This document shows positions 1 to 11,827 of a stretch of DNA of 64,000 bases, one piece after another (the first letter of the stretch is position 1; each line of letters starts with the position of its first letter). A program made the translations under genes and the position numbers. Source of the stretch: Eukaryota sp. GEM-RC1 (taxonomy: Eukaryota); contig JAUFOQ010000002.1 of assembly GCA_040285855.1 (NCBI GenBank), forward strand, positions 1,426,001 to 1,490,000. The letters are read 5' to 3'. Below the pieces are notes generated by a model. The model made no database searches, was not told the DNA's origin, and saw nothing but the letters and a program-made list of their open reading frames with translations.

Positions 1-556
1 AGACGTGCGTCTCCTGAGACGTTTCCGAGACGCGTTTTTTGGTGTTTACATCTTTTTACTTTTCACACAACGTCTCTCTCCTCTTTTCTTTCATTTTTAT
101 GACTGAACCAGGCATCAACTTAAGAGATTTTGTTACAGTTATTTCAAGAATGTCTTATGAGAGAAGCTATCGACGATATAGTGGAAGAAATGGAAGAAGC
201 AGAAGACATTGTTGTTATTGAAGAACAAGACATTGACCTAGCCGTTAGTGAAAACGGAAGTGGTGGTGAACAAATGGTATTTGACCCTCTTCTTGAAGGT
301 CTTGAAATGTAATTCTAAATTTATTTCATCCAAAGGTGCTCATCCATCGATTTGTTAGTTTTTAATTCAGTTTTTGATGAGTTTCTGAATAAATCTATTT
401 GTTTTGACTTATAATGATGACATTATTACGTTTGTTAAAGCAAGTATCAATGTTAGAAGACGGAGACGTGGAGACGTCTCTGAGACGTAATGTTGTAGAG
501 ACGGGAGACGGAGACGCGGACGTCTCTTGAGACAAGAGACGTCTCGTGCAACACTA
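1..556. mobile_element. Right part of a hAT-type non-autonomous element (left end outside the window)
   Basis: Clusters of GAGACG/CGTCTC subterminal repeats at 1-34 and 460-545. Ends ...CTCGTGCAACACTA (reverse complement TAGTGTTGCACGAG), matching the TAG/CAG termini of the other hAT elements here. Confidence 0.55.
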
Positions 557-954
557 GTTGACAATTAATCTACATAAATCTCTCTGCATAAAACTTCATC
601 TCTCATAAGGTGTAAAAGTAATAACATGTATATTATCTTTTAAAAGCAAACTAGTATGCCTATGTAATTTGTTTGTTGATGTTTTCTATAGTATGTTTTA
701 AAAGTATATGTGATAAGTTATTTTATATTGTAATTCAACGTATCTATATTCAGATTAAAGCAAACAGAAATTATAAATTGATGACAAATGATTTATTCCT
801 ACTGCTGAACATTATTGTAGTGATGTCCTTGTGGAATTGTTTCATGTTTTGAAAGAGTATTTGAAAAATGATGAAAAGACTGGTATGTGTGTTTTATTTG
901 AATTATATTTAATTTTGAAAAGATTGGAAAATATAGGTAATTTTGATAGTTTCA

Positions 955-1170
955 TCTTGTATCACACATCTTGTAAAACATATCTTGTAAAACATATCTT
1001 GTATTACAAATGTTGTATTACACATCTTGTAAAACACATCTTGTAAAACACATCTTGTATTACAAATGTTGTATTACACATCTTGTATTACACATCTTGT
1101 ATTACAAATGTTGTATTACAAATGTTGTATTACACATCTTGTATTACAAATGTTGTATTACACATCTTGT
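955..1170. repeat. 14-bp minisatellite (ACACATCTTGTA(AA/TT) / ACAAATGTTGTATT variants)
   Basis: About 15 tandem units visible directly. Confidence 0.9.
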
Positions 1171-1380
1171 GACAACTAAAAGACAATAGATAGTGACAAA
1201 AGACTGGCATATATGGCTTAACTTTATGAACAAAAGAAAAACATAATGAATCAAGATTTCCAAGTCGACATATGCTTTCAGCTTGTGACGGTCAGACTGA
1301 GAAGATGAAAGATTATCATAAGAAGGAGAATATGCGCTGTTTATAGAGATCGTACTTTGCGAGACAATGAAGAAAAAAAG

Positions 1381-1800
1381 ATGTATCTTCCCCATCCAGA
1401 GATAGGACCAGAGATTTTGATGAGCCTACCCCAACAATTTTCTGACTTGAAGGCTAAACTGGAACGCAGCCGAAAAGATCTTCTTAACAATGTTCATTCA
1501 TCTTCAGTACCTTCAGAGAAACCCATCAGTTCTTCTTCAAACAATCTTCCCAAACAATCTTTTCTAAATCATATTCCATCTCTGCAGCAGGATTCCTCTA
1601 CGTCTAACTCTACAAGATACCTAATCAAAAAATCTCTTGTTCCCACTTCGGAAAGTGCCCAGGAAATCGGTGATTCGATAACAAAAAGGCGGAAGCAGAA
1701 ACAAGACCAACGTACTCACCAGTCTCAAAAGGATTCCATTCTTGAAGTATATTCTCTAGACCAATATCATCATGTTCACAGCAAAGATGATTCAAAATGA
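1381..1800 (+). CDS. Hypothetical Ser-rich protein
   Basis: ORF of about 140 aa from ATG; no recognisable motif. Confidence 0.3.
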   Translation: MYLPHPEIGPEILMSLPQQFSDLKAKLERSRKDLLNNVHSSSVPSEKPISSSSNNLPKQSFLNHIPSLQQDSSTSNSTRYLIKKSLVPTSESAQEIGDSITKRRKQKQDQRTHQSQKDSILEVYSLDQYHHVHSKDDSK

Positions 1801-1891
1801 CAGATATTTGTTCTTCTTGTTCACTTGTTTATATTATCATATATGACTAGGACTATTACGGTACTACAACCAGGACTGGCTCTAACTAAAG

Positions 1892-2502
1892 TTAGCAGTC
1901 CACATCTGGTTGAAGATCTCCCGGATTCAGTTCCTGGTGTTTTGAAAGAGTTATGCATTGGTCAGATTTGCAATATTCGTAAACAAACCCTGAAGGTTCG
2001 TGCAAACACCAACTATATTCTTTCTTTTCATAAACGTTACATTCAACGTCGTTCACAGTTTTCTTTCTGTCCATGTTGACAGCATCTTCGAGGAGGAACA
2101 CCCTTGACAATAATACTTGACAGTCTTCGGTATGAGTGCGACAAAGGCTGGTGAAGCGACGCCTTTTGGTCTCTCGCACTTTTCCATGAGCACAGGTAAC
2201 TGTAAGAGACCATGAATAGTCGTCCAAATACTCCCCTTCTAATTCATAAGTTTTAGCTTCATAATCGAAGCTGGCGGAATAATATCTGTAACCATTTGGA
2301 TCAGCCTTCATCGAGGTAACAGCAGTGAAGCGAGGTTTCAGTCCATCGATAAGAATGTCTGTTGAAAAGAACCAGAGAACACTATGAAACAGATGGCACC
2401 TAAACCAAATAGAAAGACAACAGAAATTATGATAGTATTGTTAGAACGCCGTTTCTGAGAGTAGCCAGCACCGTCAAGAAGTGGATAAGCAGGGTGATTC
2501 AT
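1892..2502 (-). CDS. Signal-anchored (type II) Cys-containing protein, copy 1
   Basis: Paralog of the intact ORF 9634-10248. Needs one extra T in a T4 run near 2366 to join the ATG at 2502 to ORF 1892-2311. Confidence 0.7.
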
Positions 2503-2922
2503 GTATGTTTGGTCTTCTACTAGTAGCAGTACACTGTATGTGGAAGTTCATTTTCCAATTGTTAATTCTAGATTCTGGATTCTGAATTTGATCGATGAAG
2601 ACAACACTATTAGAAATAACGGATGGTCACGGTTAGTGTCAAACCGTCGATGTCCTTCTGAACAACTCTAATCTAGCCCGAGTCCATGTGTAGCTGATGT
2701 TTTCCGAAATTCAAAATACATAAATCAAGAATTATGTTTGGTATACTGTTACAAGTACACGAACTGAAAGGGAAGTATGTAAAGGTTCGCTAGGGGAGAA
2801 TAACACGTAAAACATGATGTTGAAGTTGAGATCATTTCATTTGTCTTGATTAACCGACATCTTCACCCTGTCTACAGTTAATCTTTAAAACCAATGACAT
2901 CTAAAGACCTCAAGATTTCTCA

Positions 2923-4376
2923 ATGACTGTTTCAAAGATACTGTTTCTGTCGCTACTTGTGACGCTCTCACTCGCGTGTGGCCATTTCTGTCCTCAATCA
3001 GAAAAGGAAGTTCTCATCAAACTTCACGATGAACTAGGTGGATCAGAAGTGGAAGCAACAGTGGCCTGTTGATAAAGAAATGTCTGATCACTGCTCATGG
3101 TATGGTATTCAGTGTAAGAACGGTAGAATCTCTGTTCTTGATCTTCAAGACAACAACTTAAAAGGAGTCCTGCCTAAAGAAATTGGTTGTTTAGCTTCCC
3201 TAGAAACGCTCTATTTACAGAAGAACAAGATTTATGGTAAACTTCCAGACTCCCAAGGAGGTATGAACATTGACAAAACTAAAGCTAATCACAGAAGGAA
3301 TTCGATGCCTGCATTTAATCAAACATGTTGATTTGTCTCACAACAAAATTAGAGGACCAATCCCTGAAGGCTTCTGTGAACTCTACCTCTCTCTTCAATA
3401 CTTGTTTATCAACAACAACAAGTTAAACAAGGAAATTCCTGAATGTTTTGATGCTCGATTCTCCAAATCTCTCAAAGGCTTCCGTGCTCACTGTAATGAT
3501 CTAAAAGGTGAGCTTCCTCAAGGATTCAATGAAATGAAGGAACTTAGAGAACTGTGGATCCATTGCAATGATCTTGAAGAGGCTGAAGCACCTAAAAAAG
3601 TTATCTCTTTCAAACAAGGGGAAATGAATTGTGAAGAATTGTGTCCCAAGAAGGAATGTCCAAAGTGTATCTACGACGAAGAGTGTGGATGGTACTGTCA
3701 AAAGGAAGAACCTGTAGATGATAAAGACGATGAAGACAAGGATGATGAAGAAGACAAAAAAGCCATCTACAAGCTTGCTAAATGTCTCAAAAAATGTGAA
3801 GAAAGGGCCAAGGACATCTGTTCAGCACTAGTGGAAGAGGAAGACGACGAAGAGGAAGAAGACAAGAAGGAATGCCGCGGCCGTCGTGGAAAAGACTGCA
3901 AGCGTGATGATGATGACGAAGAGGAAGAAGACGACGAAGAGGAAGAAGAAGACAAGAAATCCAAACGTCGTCGTGGTCGCCGTGGAGATCGTAAACACAA
4001 GGATGAAAATGATGAAGAGGAAGACGACGAAGATGAAGAAGAAGACAAGAAATCCAAACGTCGTCGTGGTCACCGTGGAGATCGTAAACACAAGGATGAA
4101 AATGATGAAGAGGAAGACGACGAAGATGAAGAAGAAGACAAGAAATCACGACGCCGTCGCGGTCGCCGTGGAGATCGCAAACACAAAGAAGACGATGAAG
4201 AGGAAGAAGACAACGAACGCAAATATCGAAAGTGTGTCAAGTCAATTACTAAGAAGTGTCAGATGAGGTGTATTAAAAGATATAGCATCATTAAGGAAGA
4301 AGAAAACGATGATGAAAACGATGATGAAAATGACAACAACGACAAGAATGGAAAAGGAAAGCGTAGACGAAATTGA
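2923..4376 (+). CDS. Secreted leucine-rich repeat protein with acidic/basic repeat C-terminus, copy 1
   Basis: Signal peptide MTVSKILFLSLLVTLSLA; LRR N-cap HCSWYGIQC; plant-type LRRs LDLQDNNLKGVLP and VDLSHNKIRGPIP; 34-nt intron 3261-3294 (GTATGA..CTAAT..CAG); +1 frameshift needed near 3040. Confidence 0.85.
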
Positions 4377-4885
4377 TTGATTGGAACTAGTCTAATTCTC
4401 TTCTCAATAAATCCTTGTGAATGTCTGCTCTACATGTCAGAAGTTCGTTTGTTAGTTTGTTATAATACCCTTTATTGAAATATAGTTTCTTGTTATGTAT
4501 GTCTCAGTCCATAAATCCTCCTTTTGATATCGAAAACGAATCTAAATTGTGGTTTTCATTGAATGCACTACTTACTTTAGGAGACATTATTGAGCCAAGG
4601 TAGAGGAAACTTTCTTAATCCGATATTTGATCGTTGAGGAGTTTGATAATTGGAAGGAATTAGTTTTCCTCTCTTTGATACTTGTCTGAATTATTGGTGA
4701 ATGTTTCTTTTTCATGTCCAAATCGCACATATTTTGGAAATAATGGACCTAATGTTTTTGAACTCGGTTTCACGTGCGAACTATTTGTTGTACCCATTTG
4801 TAGAGTTATAGTTGTTTGTACGGTTCTCTACTGTAGGTGATTCAGCAACATCATTACTTTTTCAAAATTGTAAAAGAAAGAACTT

Positions 4886-6109
4886 GTTACATTTGAAATC
4901 ATACTTGTAAAATACACGAGTTTTCATTTGAAAAATACAAAAATACAAAGAATACAAAAATACATAAAATACATAAAATCCGCTAAAATACAAAGTAAAA
5001 TACACACATACATATCAGTCTGCTAATCTTCTTTAACGATAACTCAACGATAACAGTACAGTATAACGTTGTATTTGTTTCCGTTTCCTGCAGGTCGTTA
5101 CAACCATGTCCAACAAAAGTTCAAGGTTGATCACCACTAATTCACAAATTCCAGCATCTGCGTCTTCCACCACCTTCTCCTTCATATGTTCAAGAAGTTA
5201 CTTCTTGGGTTGTTAGGATGAATTGAGGAAGAGACTACATCATACAGAGGTTGATGAACAAATTTTGTTCCTTTTCACAGATTGAGTTTGATAAATGCAA
5301 GTAGGTCTGAACCAAATGGTCTGAAAGATCTGAACCAAAAGGAGACTGCATCTGGTAAAGGCATTTGATAGCATTTTATTCACAAACATGAGCTGAAGAA
5401 GCACTGGCCAAGCATGTTGAAAAATACAGTAAAATACAGTTTGTATTTTTAAATGACACTGTTTGAAAAATACAAAAAATACAAAAATACAGAAATACAA
5501 AAAATACAGAATTTTGTATTTTTTATAAGTATGTTTGAAATGTTTAAGCTCATGAACTTTTCATGCCAAAGTTAAACCTGTATTTAGTAAGTTGGGTCTT
5601 GATTTAATTAATAATTCTCGTCCAGGTGACTTACATGGTCCTTTTTTTGATTCTAGTCAAATTTTCCTCGATGTTACGACAGTAACCATGTGCTCAAACT
5701 TACGTTAACGGCTTAAATCCAAAAGGTTTGAATCACCTAGAAACAGCCGAAAAACGTAAAATAGAGTTGTATTCCAAAGATGTTGCTAAACTCAATCAAA
5801 ATTTGTGTTCAAAATTTGTATGTGTTCCATTTGCTATTTCCATTTTCGGTAGTATTGATGAAATGGCTTCTCGTTTATTAACTGATGTTGGATCTATGTG
5901 TAAGTCTGAGAATAAGAGATTGAACTTATCAATTTGGCATTACCGTTTGATTTTTCCTCTGTTCCGTTTGATGCCCAAGTTTTTTAAATCAATTATCTCA
6001 CAGTTGTCACTAGAACTGTGGTACTGTTGACCATGAATTTTCTGTGTCTGGTGTTTCTTAACTTTTATTATGATATGTATTGTTGTACCCTTCGTTGATA
6101 AACTTTTTT
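4886..6109 (+). mobile_element. 5'-truncated CRE-like (RLE) non-LTR retroposon remnant, interrupted by a hAT MITE
   Basis: Colinear with 32320-32908; GDLHGP..ILDVT endonuclease core; VPFAISIFG motif. Confidence 0.8.
4900..5533. mobile_element. hAT-type MITE
   Basis: TIR CATACTT(G/A)TAAAA; perfect 8-bp TSD TTTGAAAT (4892-4899 and 5534-5541); AAAATAC subterminal repeats. Confidence 0.9.
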
Positions 6110-6124
6110 GTTTTGTGAAGTTGA

Positions 6125-6282
6125 ATTTCAGATGTTGGAAAAATATAATCGTGTTGTCTATTTTCAAAGGCATGAAGAATTCTCTTTGTCTTATAACGCT
6201 ATAATATCTCTTGGCAGGCATTATGAAGATATGGTGAAAACTTCCAAATAGGCAATTTGGACTTCATGATATTGATTATTAG
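6125..6282 (+). mobile_element. Short 3' fragment of a CRE-like retroposon
   Basis: Aligns by eye with 60840-60993 (TCTCTTGGCAG.CATTATGA...ATAGGCAAT.TGGACTT...ATTGATTATTAG). Confidence 0.7.
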
Positions 6283-6510
6283 AGCGGTTTGCTTTTACAT
6301 ATACCAATACATATGAAGAAATTGATTTCAAAAAGAGGATATCCGTTTCAAGGACAACTGTCTCATTACTAGTACAGTCTACCCTCGATATAGTGACACT
6401 AATGCAGTCACTATGTCGAGGGGAGTCACTATTCAGAAATGTCACTATCCAGACTGTACTGCAAATAGAATTGAAAACTGGTCGATAAACAGCTTTATAC
6501 ATGAAGTAAA

Positions 6511-7314
6511 TTAAACACAAGTCCAGCCACCATCAACTGGAAGAGTTATACCAGTAACATAACCACTCTGTTTAGATGCTAAGAACAAAACAGCTGAATC
6601 CAATTCGCCAACATTTCCCTGTCTTTCAGAAGGACATTTAGACTTGATGAAGGCTTGGAAGTCATCAGTCTCAAGCAGATCCCCAGTGAGTTCACTCAAG
6701 AAAAAGCCAGGGCACAGTGAATTTACAGTAATTTGATGTTTTGCCCAGTCAGCAGCCATGGATCGAGACAAGTTACACACAGCTGCCTTGGTAGCGTGAT
6801 ATGCACTACAGTTGAGAGCTGATCCAACCATACCAAACATGGAGGCAACGTTGATGACTCGACCATACTTTTGTTCAATCATCATGGGACCAAAAGCACG
6901 AGAAACTTTCATGATACTGGTAAGGTTGAGATCCAAAACAAAGTTCCAGTCTTTGTCTGACAAATTCTCAATGGGATCCATACCACCATTTCCTCCTGCA
7001 TTGTTAATGAGGATATGCATTGTACCAAAGTCTTTCTTCACTTGTTCAGCAACGGCATTAACATTTTCAGTAGAAGTAACATCACACTGATAAGTTTCAC
7101 ATCTGACTCCGTACTTACGGACCTCAGCAGCAACGTCATTGAGTTTTTCTAAGCGTCTAGCTAAGAGAGCAAGATCACAGCCTTTAATAGCAAGAGCTTT
7201 TGCAAACTGAACACCAATACCAGAAGAAGCACCGGTTACAACAGCAACAGATCCCTTTAAATCAAAAATGTCCTATGGTTAGTTTACAATATGACATACA
7301 GGCAAGTCGTTCAT
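6511..7314 (-). CDS. Short-chain dehydrogenase/reductase (gluconate 5-dehydrogenase-like)
   Basis: TGASSGIG, NNAG, YHATK and VDGGWT motifs; a 27-nt intron at 7273-7299 (GTATGT..CTAAC..TAG) joins exon 1 MNDLP in frame. Confidence 0.92.
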
Positions 7315-7759
7315 GGGAAAATGTTAATAGGAATGAAGGTTGAAGTTCAAGGTACAGATCAGAACTTTGCAAGACTTCTTCGCATTTCAACGAACCTTTT
7401 TCTGACGTTTCGTCGTATCAATTCCGAACAAACGTCCTTCTTTCCAACCTTGCTGGTTAACATACCTCTGGAGTGCCTAATCTAGAAATAGATTGAGTTT
7501 TTAAAGCTGTCAGTTTGAAGTGAACATTTGACACAATCCTTAATTTTGACAATTGATAAACTAACCAAAGAACAGGGGTGATGTCAGACCTATATTGACA
7601 AGAGAAGTGGAAGAACCATCGGATGATCAGTGAAAACTAGGATGATATTCACTAAGCAATCGAAAAAGACAGTTCCGATTGATAAGAATATAGCTGAATG
7701 TAGAGCAGACATTCACAATGATTTATAGAGAATTATAGAATTAGACTAGTTCAAATCAA

Positions 7760-9213
7760 TCAATTTCGTCTACTCTTTCCTGTTCCATTCTTGTCGTTGT
7801 TGTCATTTTCATCATCGTTTTCATCATCGTTTTCTTCTTCCTTAATGATGCTATATCTTTTAATACACCTCATCTGACACTTCTTAGTAATTGACTTGAC
7901 ACACTTTCGATATTTGCGTTCGTTGTCTTCTTCCTCTTCATCGTCTTCTTCTTTGTGTTTACGATCTCCACGGCGACCACGACGACGGCGTTTGGATTTC
8001 TTGTCTTCTTCGTCTTCTTCCTCTTCGTCATTTTCATCCTTGTGTTTGCGATCTCCACGGCGACCGCGACGGCGTCTTGATTTCTTGTCTTCTTCTTCTT
8101 CATCTTCGTCGTCTTCCTCTTCATCATTTTCATCCTTGTGTTTACGATCTCCACGGTGACCACGACGACGTTTGGATTTCTTGTCTTCTTCTTCCTCTTC
8201 GTCGTCTTCTTCCTCTTCGTCATCATCATCACGCTTGCAGTCTTTTCCACGACGGCCGCGGCATTCCTTCTTGTCTTCTTCCTCTTCGTCGTCTTCCTCT
8301 TCCACTAGTGCTGAACAGATGTCCTTGGCCCTTTCTTCACATTTTTTGAGACATTTAGCAAGCTTGTAGATGGCTTTTTTGTCTTCTTCATCATCCTTGT
8401 CTTCATCGTCTTTATCATCTACAGGTTCTTCCTTTTGACAGTACCATCCACACTCTTCGTCGTAGATACACTTTGGACATTCCTTCTTGGGACACAATTC
8501 TTCACAATTCATTTCCCCTTGTTTGAAAGAGATAACTTTTTTAGGTGCTTCAGCCTCTTCAAGATCATTGCAATGGATCCACAGTTCTCTAAGTTCCTTC
8601 ATTTCATTGAATCCTTGAGGAAGCTCACCTTTTAGATCATTACAGTGAGCACGGAAGCCTTTGAGAGATTTGGAGAATCGAGCATCAAAACATTCAGGAA
8701 TTTCCTTGTTTAACTTGTTGTTGTTGATAAACAAGTATTGAAGAGAGAGGTAGAGTTCACAGAAGCCTTCAGGGATTGGTCCTCTAATTTTGTTGTGAGA
8801 CAAATCAACATGTTTGATTAAATGCAGGCATCGAATTCCTTCTGTGATTAGCTTTAGTTTTGTCAATGTTCATACCTCCTTGGGAGTCTGGAAGTTTACC
8901 ATAAATCTTGTTCTTCTGTAAATAGAGCGTTTCTAGGGAAGCTAAACAACCAATTTCTTTAGGCAGGACTCCTTTTAAGTTGTTGTCTTGAAGATCAAGA
9001 ACAGAGATTCTACCGTTCTTACACTGAATACCATACCATGAGCAGTGATCAGACATTTCTTTATCAACAGGCCACTGTTGCTTCCACTTCTGATCCACCT
9101 AGTTCATCGTGAAGTTTGATGAGAACTTCCTTTTCTGATTGAGGACAGAAATGGCCACACGCGAGTGAGAGCGTCACAAGTAGCGACAGAAACAGTATCT
9201 TTGAAACAGTCAT
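7760..9213 (-). CDS. Secreted LRR protein, copy 2
   Basis: Same structure as copy 1; intron 8842-8875; same +1 frameshift near 9096; differs mainly in the C-terminal repeat tract. Confidence 0.85.
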
Positions 9214-9633
9214 TGAGAAATCTTGAGGTCTTTAGATGTCATTGGTTTTAAGGATTAACTGTAGACAGGGTGAAGATGTCGGTTAATCAAGACAAATGAA
9301 ATGATCTCAACTTCAACATCATGTTTTACGTGTTATTCTCCCCTAGCGAACCTTTACATACTTCCCTTTCAGTTCGTGTACTTGTAACAGTATACCAAAC
9401 ATAATTCTTGATTTATGTATTTTGAATTTCGGAAAACATCAGCTACACATGGACTCGGGCTAGATTAGAGTTGTTCAGAAGGACATCGACGGTTTGACAC
9501 TAACCGTGACCATCCGTTATTTCTAATAGTGTTGTCTTCATCGATCAAATTCAGAATCCAGAATCTAGAATTAACAATTGGAAAATGAACTTCCACATAC
9601 AGTGTACTGCTACTAGTAGAAGACCAAACATAC

Positions 9634-10248
9634 ATGAATCACCCCACATATCCACTTCTTGACGGTGCTGGCTACTCTCAGAAACGGCGTTCTAACAATA
9701 CTATCATAATTTCTGTTGTCTTTCTATTTGGGTTAGCTGCCATCTGTTTCATAGTGTTCTCTGGTGGAATTTCTTCATGGGACGTTCTTATCGATGGACT
9801 GAAACCTCGCTTCACTGCTGTTATCTCGATGAAGGTTGACCCAAATGGTTATAGATATTATTCTGCCAGCTTCGATTATGAAGCTAAAGCTTATGAATTA
9901 GAAGGGGAATATTTGGACGAGTATTTATGGTCTCTTAAAGTTACCTGTGCTTATGGAAAAGTGCGAGAGACCAAAAGGCGTGGCTTCACCAGCCTTTGTC
10001 GCTCTTATACCGAGGACTGCCAAGTATTAATGTCAAGGGTGTTCCTCCTCGAAGATGCTGTCAACATGGACAGAAAGAAAACTGTGAACGACGTTGAATG
10101 TAACGTTTATGAAAAGAAAGAATATAGTTGGTGTTTGCACGAACCTTCAGGGTTTATTTACGAATATTGCAAATCTGACCAATGCATTACCCTGTCAAAA
10201 CACCAGGAACTGAATCCGGGAGATCTTCAACCGGATGTGGACTGCTAA
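9634..10248 (+). CDS. Signal-anchored (type II) Cys-containing protein, copy 2
   Basis: Intact 204-aa ORF with a single N-terminal hydrophobic segment (TIIISVVFLFGLAAICFIVF) and a Cys-containing C-terminal domain. Confidence 0.8.
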   Translation: MNHPTYPLLDGAGYSQKRRSNNTIIISVVFLFGLAAICFIVFSGGISSWDVLIDGLKPRFTAVISMKVDPNGYRYYSASFDYEAKAYELEGEYLDEYLWSLKVTCAYGKVRETKRRGFTSLCRSYTEDCQVLMSRVFLLEDAVNMDRKKTVNDVECNVYEKKEYSWCLHEPSGFIYEYCKSDQCITLSKHQELNPGDLQPDVDC

Positions 10249-11380
10249 CTTTAGTTAGAGCCAGTCCTGGTTGTAGTTTAGTGATGTGTACATTTTCTTT
10301 TAGAATTGTTTTCATACCAACTGAAATTGACGATTGTTCTTTTGTTTTGCACGATTGTAGAAATTGGGATTCCTGTTAATCCTTATTAGAGCATTTTTAT
10401 GGATTCTGTTCATTTTATTGTATTTCAACTACATGCACTTGTATAGCGTCTACTAGGTACGATGTACTTACGGAAACATACATTATTACTGTAGAAAAAC
10501 CATGTGGAACTGTATTTGGATATCATCTTTGTTGGAACTTTGATGCCTGTGATTCACGTATAGCACAAATACTGCTAAAACTGATCGCTATTCAATAGAA
10601 ATACTTCTCTAACATTATTTCTACTAGATATGGGTCCTTTTGGCTATTGGGACTCTATCGACCCTTTCAATCAATTATTGTGATTGGGAAAGAGAGTCAA
10701 ACAGATCTCACAGTCGCTATTGTATCAATAGATTATATTTATAGGATAGTAGTTCTGCTGTAGCATTACTTTGTTAAATCAAATTCAATATAATAAGTAT
10801 ATGGTAGTCGATTTTTGAACAATCGACACCACAATGTTGAGACTTCGTTGTTATTTATGACCACTTAATCAGTGTAGCTGTGGAAATGTGGAAAACAATT
10901 GATCTACTCTCATTTGTTACATTACTTATCGAAGCTGGAAGCAGGTTGCTATTAGCGTCTCAAATACATAATCTATTTGTAAGTGCCACAAAGTTGCTGC
11001 CATTGGTTTCAAGGATATACTGTAGACAGGATGAAGATGTCCTTCTAAAAGGAGTCGATCTTGAAATCTTGGAAATTTCCTCGTATGACAAACAAAGTTT
11101 TGAAAAGACTTTGTACCATTGGAGACGACTCTTATATGATTTCTTTGAGTGTGATAGCACAAGATGTGGATGAAACTGAGAGTTCTGTGGAAAAAACATA
11201 TGTTCCTTAATTGAGCAAGGCATACTTATTGGAACAATAAAGAATGACCAATTACTGGTTGCCAGCTGCTGGGATACTCCAATGAGCGAAGCACAACGAA
11301 ATCTGGCCGGCATCAAAACATCAATAATTTACGATCGTTTATAGATAGATTTCGATAGTACAGAGGAGAATAAAATACAT

Positions 11381-11752
11381 TTAAGACAAGGAGGCTTGCT
11401 TCTTCTTAGATAAGGATTGGGTCTCTCGTCGAAGAACATTCAGCAATGTATGAGAAGACTCTAGGATTTTGTTAAATGCTTGTGAACTTTCTTCTATGGT
11501 ACGAGTAAAATCTTCAAGTCCAGCTTGTTTGTTGGATATGGATTCATTGAGAGAAGTGAGCCTTTCAGTCAGGACTTTGAGGTCAGCCTGTATCTATGGT
11601 TAGCAGTAATGTGAAGAGGAACATCCTTTAGCCTTTTCCTCTTTCTCGCGTTCAATTTGGCGGATGATCTCTTCCCTTTTTTCTTTGAGAGTTTCAATAG
11701 ATTTGACAAGTTCATTGTTGTAATTTTGGAGACGAGCGCCTTCAGAAGTCAT
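11381..11752 (-). CDS. SSNA1: SSNA1/DIP13 coiled-coil microtubule protein
   Basis: [20 protein letters not shown] signature; exon 2 [12 protein letters not shown]...[16 protein letters not shown]; 33-nt intron 11594-11626; 112 aa. Confidence 0.9.
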
Positions 11753-11827
11753 TAGATGTGTATGGGGAAAGAGGAGTGTAGTTGTTTTGGAAGAAGTGTT
11801 CGGTAGCGATTTCAATCTTCTATTGTT

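Larger units (their letters stand above)
1863..4435. repeat. Left arm of a ~2.6-kb inverted duplication
   Basis: Reverse complement of 7698-10277; near-identical, including intergenic DNA. Confidence 0.95.
7698..10277. repeat. Right arm of the ~2.6-kb inverted duplication
   Basis: Reverse complement of 1863-4435. Confidence 0.95.

Noticed and set aside
955..1170. CRISPR-like or telomeric array
   Set aside because: Contiguous 14-mers without spacers, internal location and no G-rich telomere motif.
3767..4266. Antisense and alternate-frame poly-Ser/Leu/Thr ORFs (also 7870-8369)
   Set aside because: Shadows of the low-complexity GAA/GAT repeat in the LRR gene.
10880..11316. Short overlapping ORFs as genes
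   Set aside because: No ATG-led coherent frame or recognisable motif.
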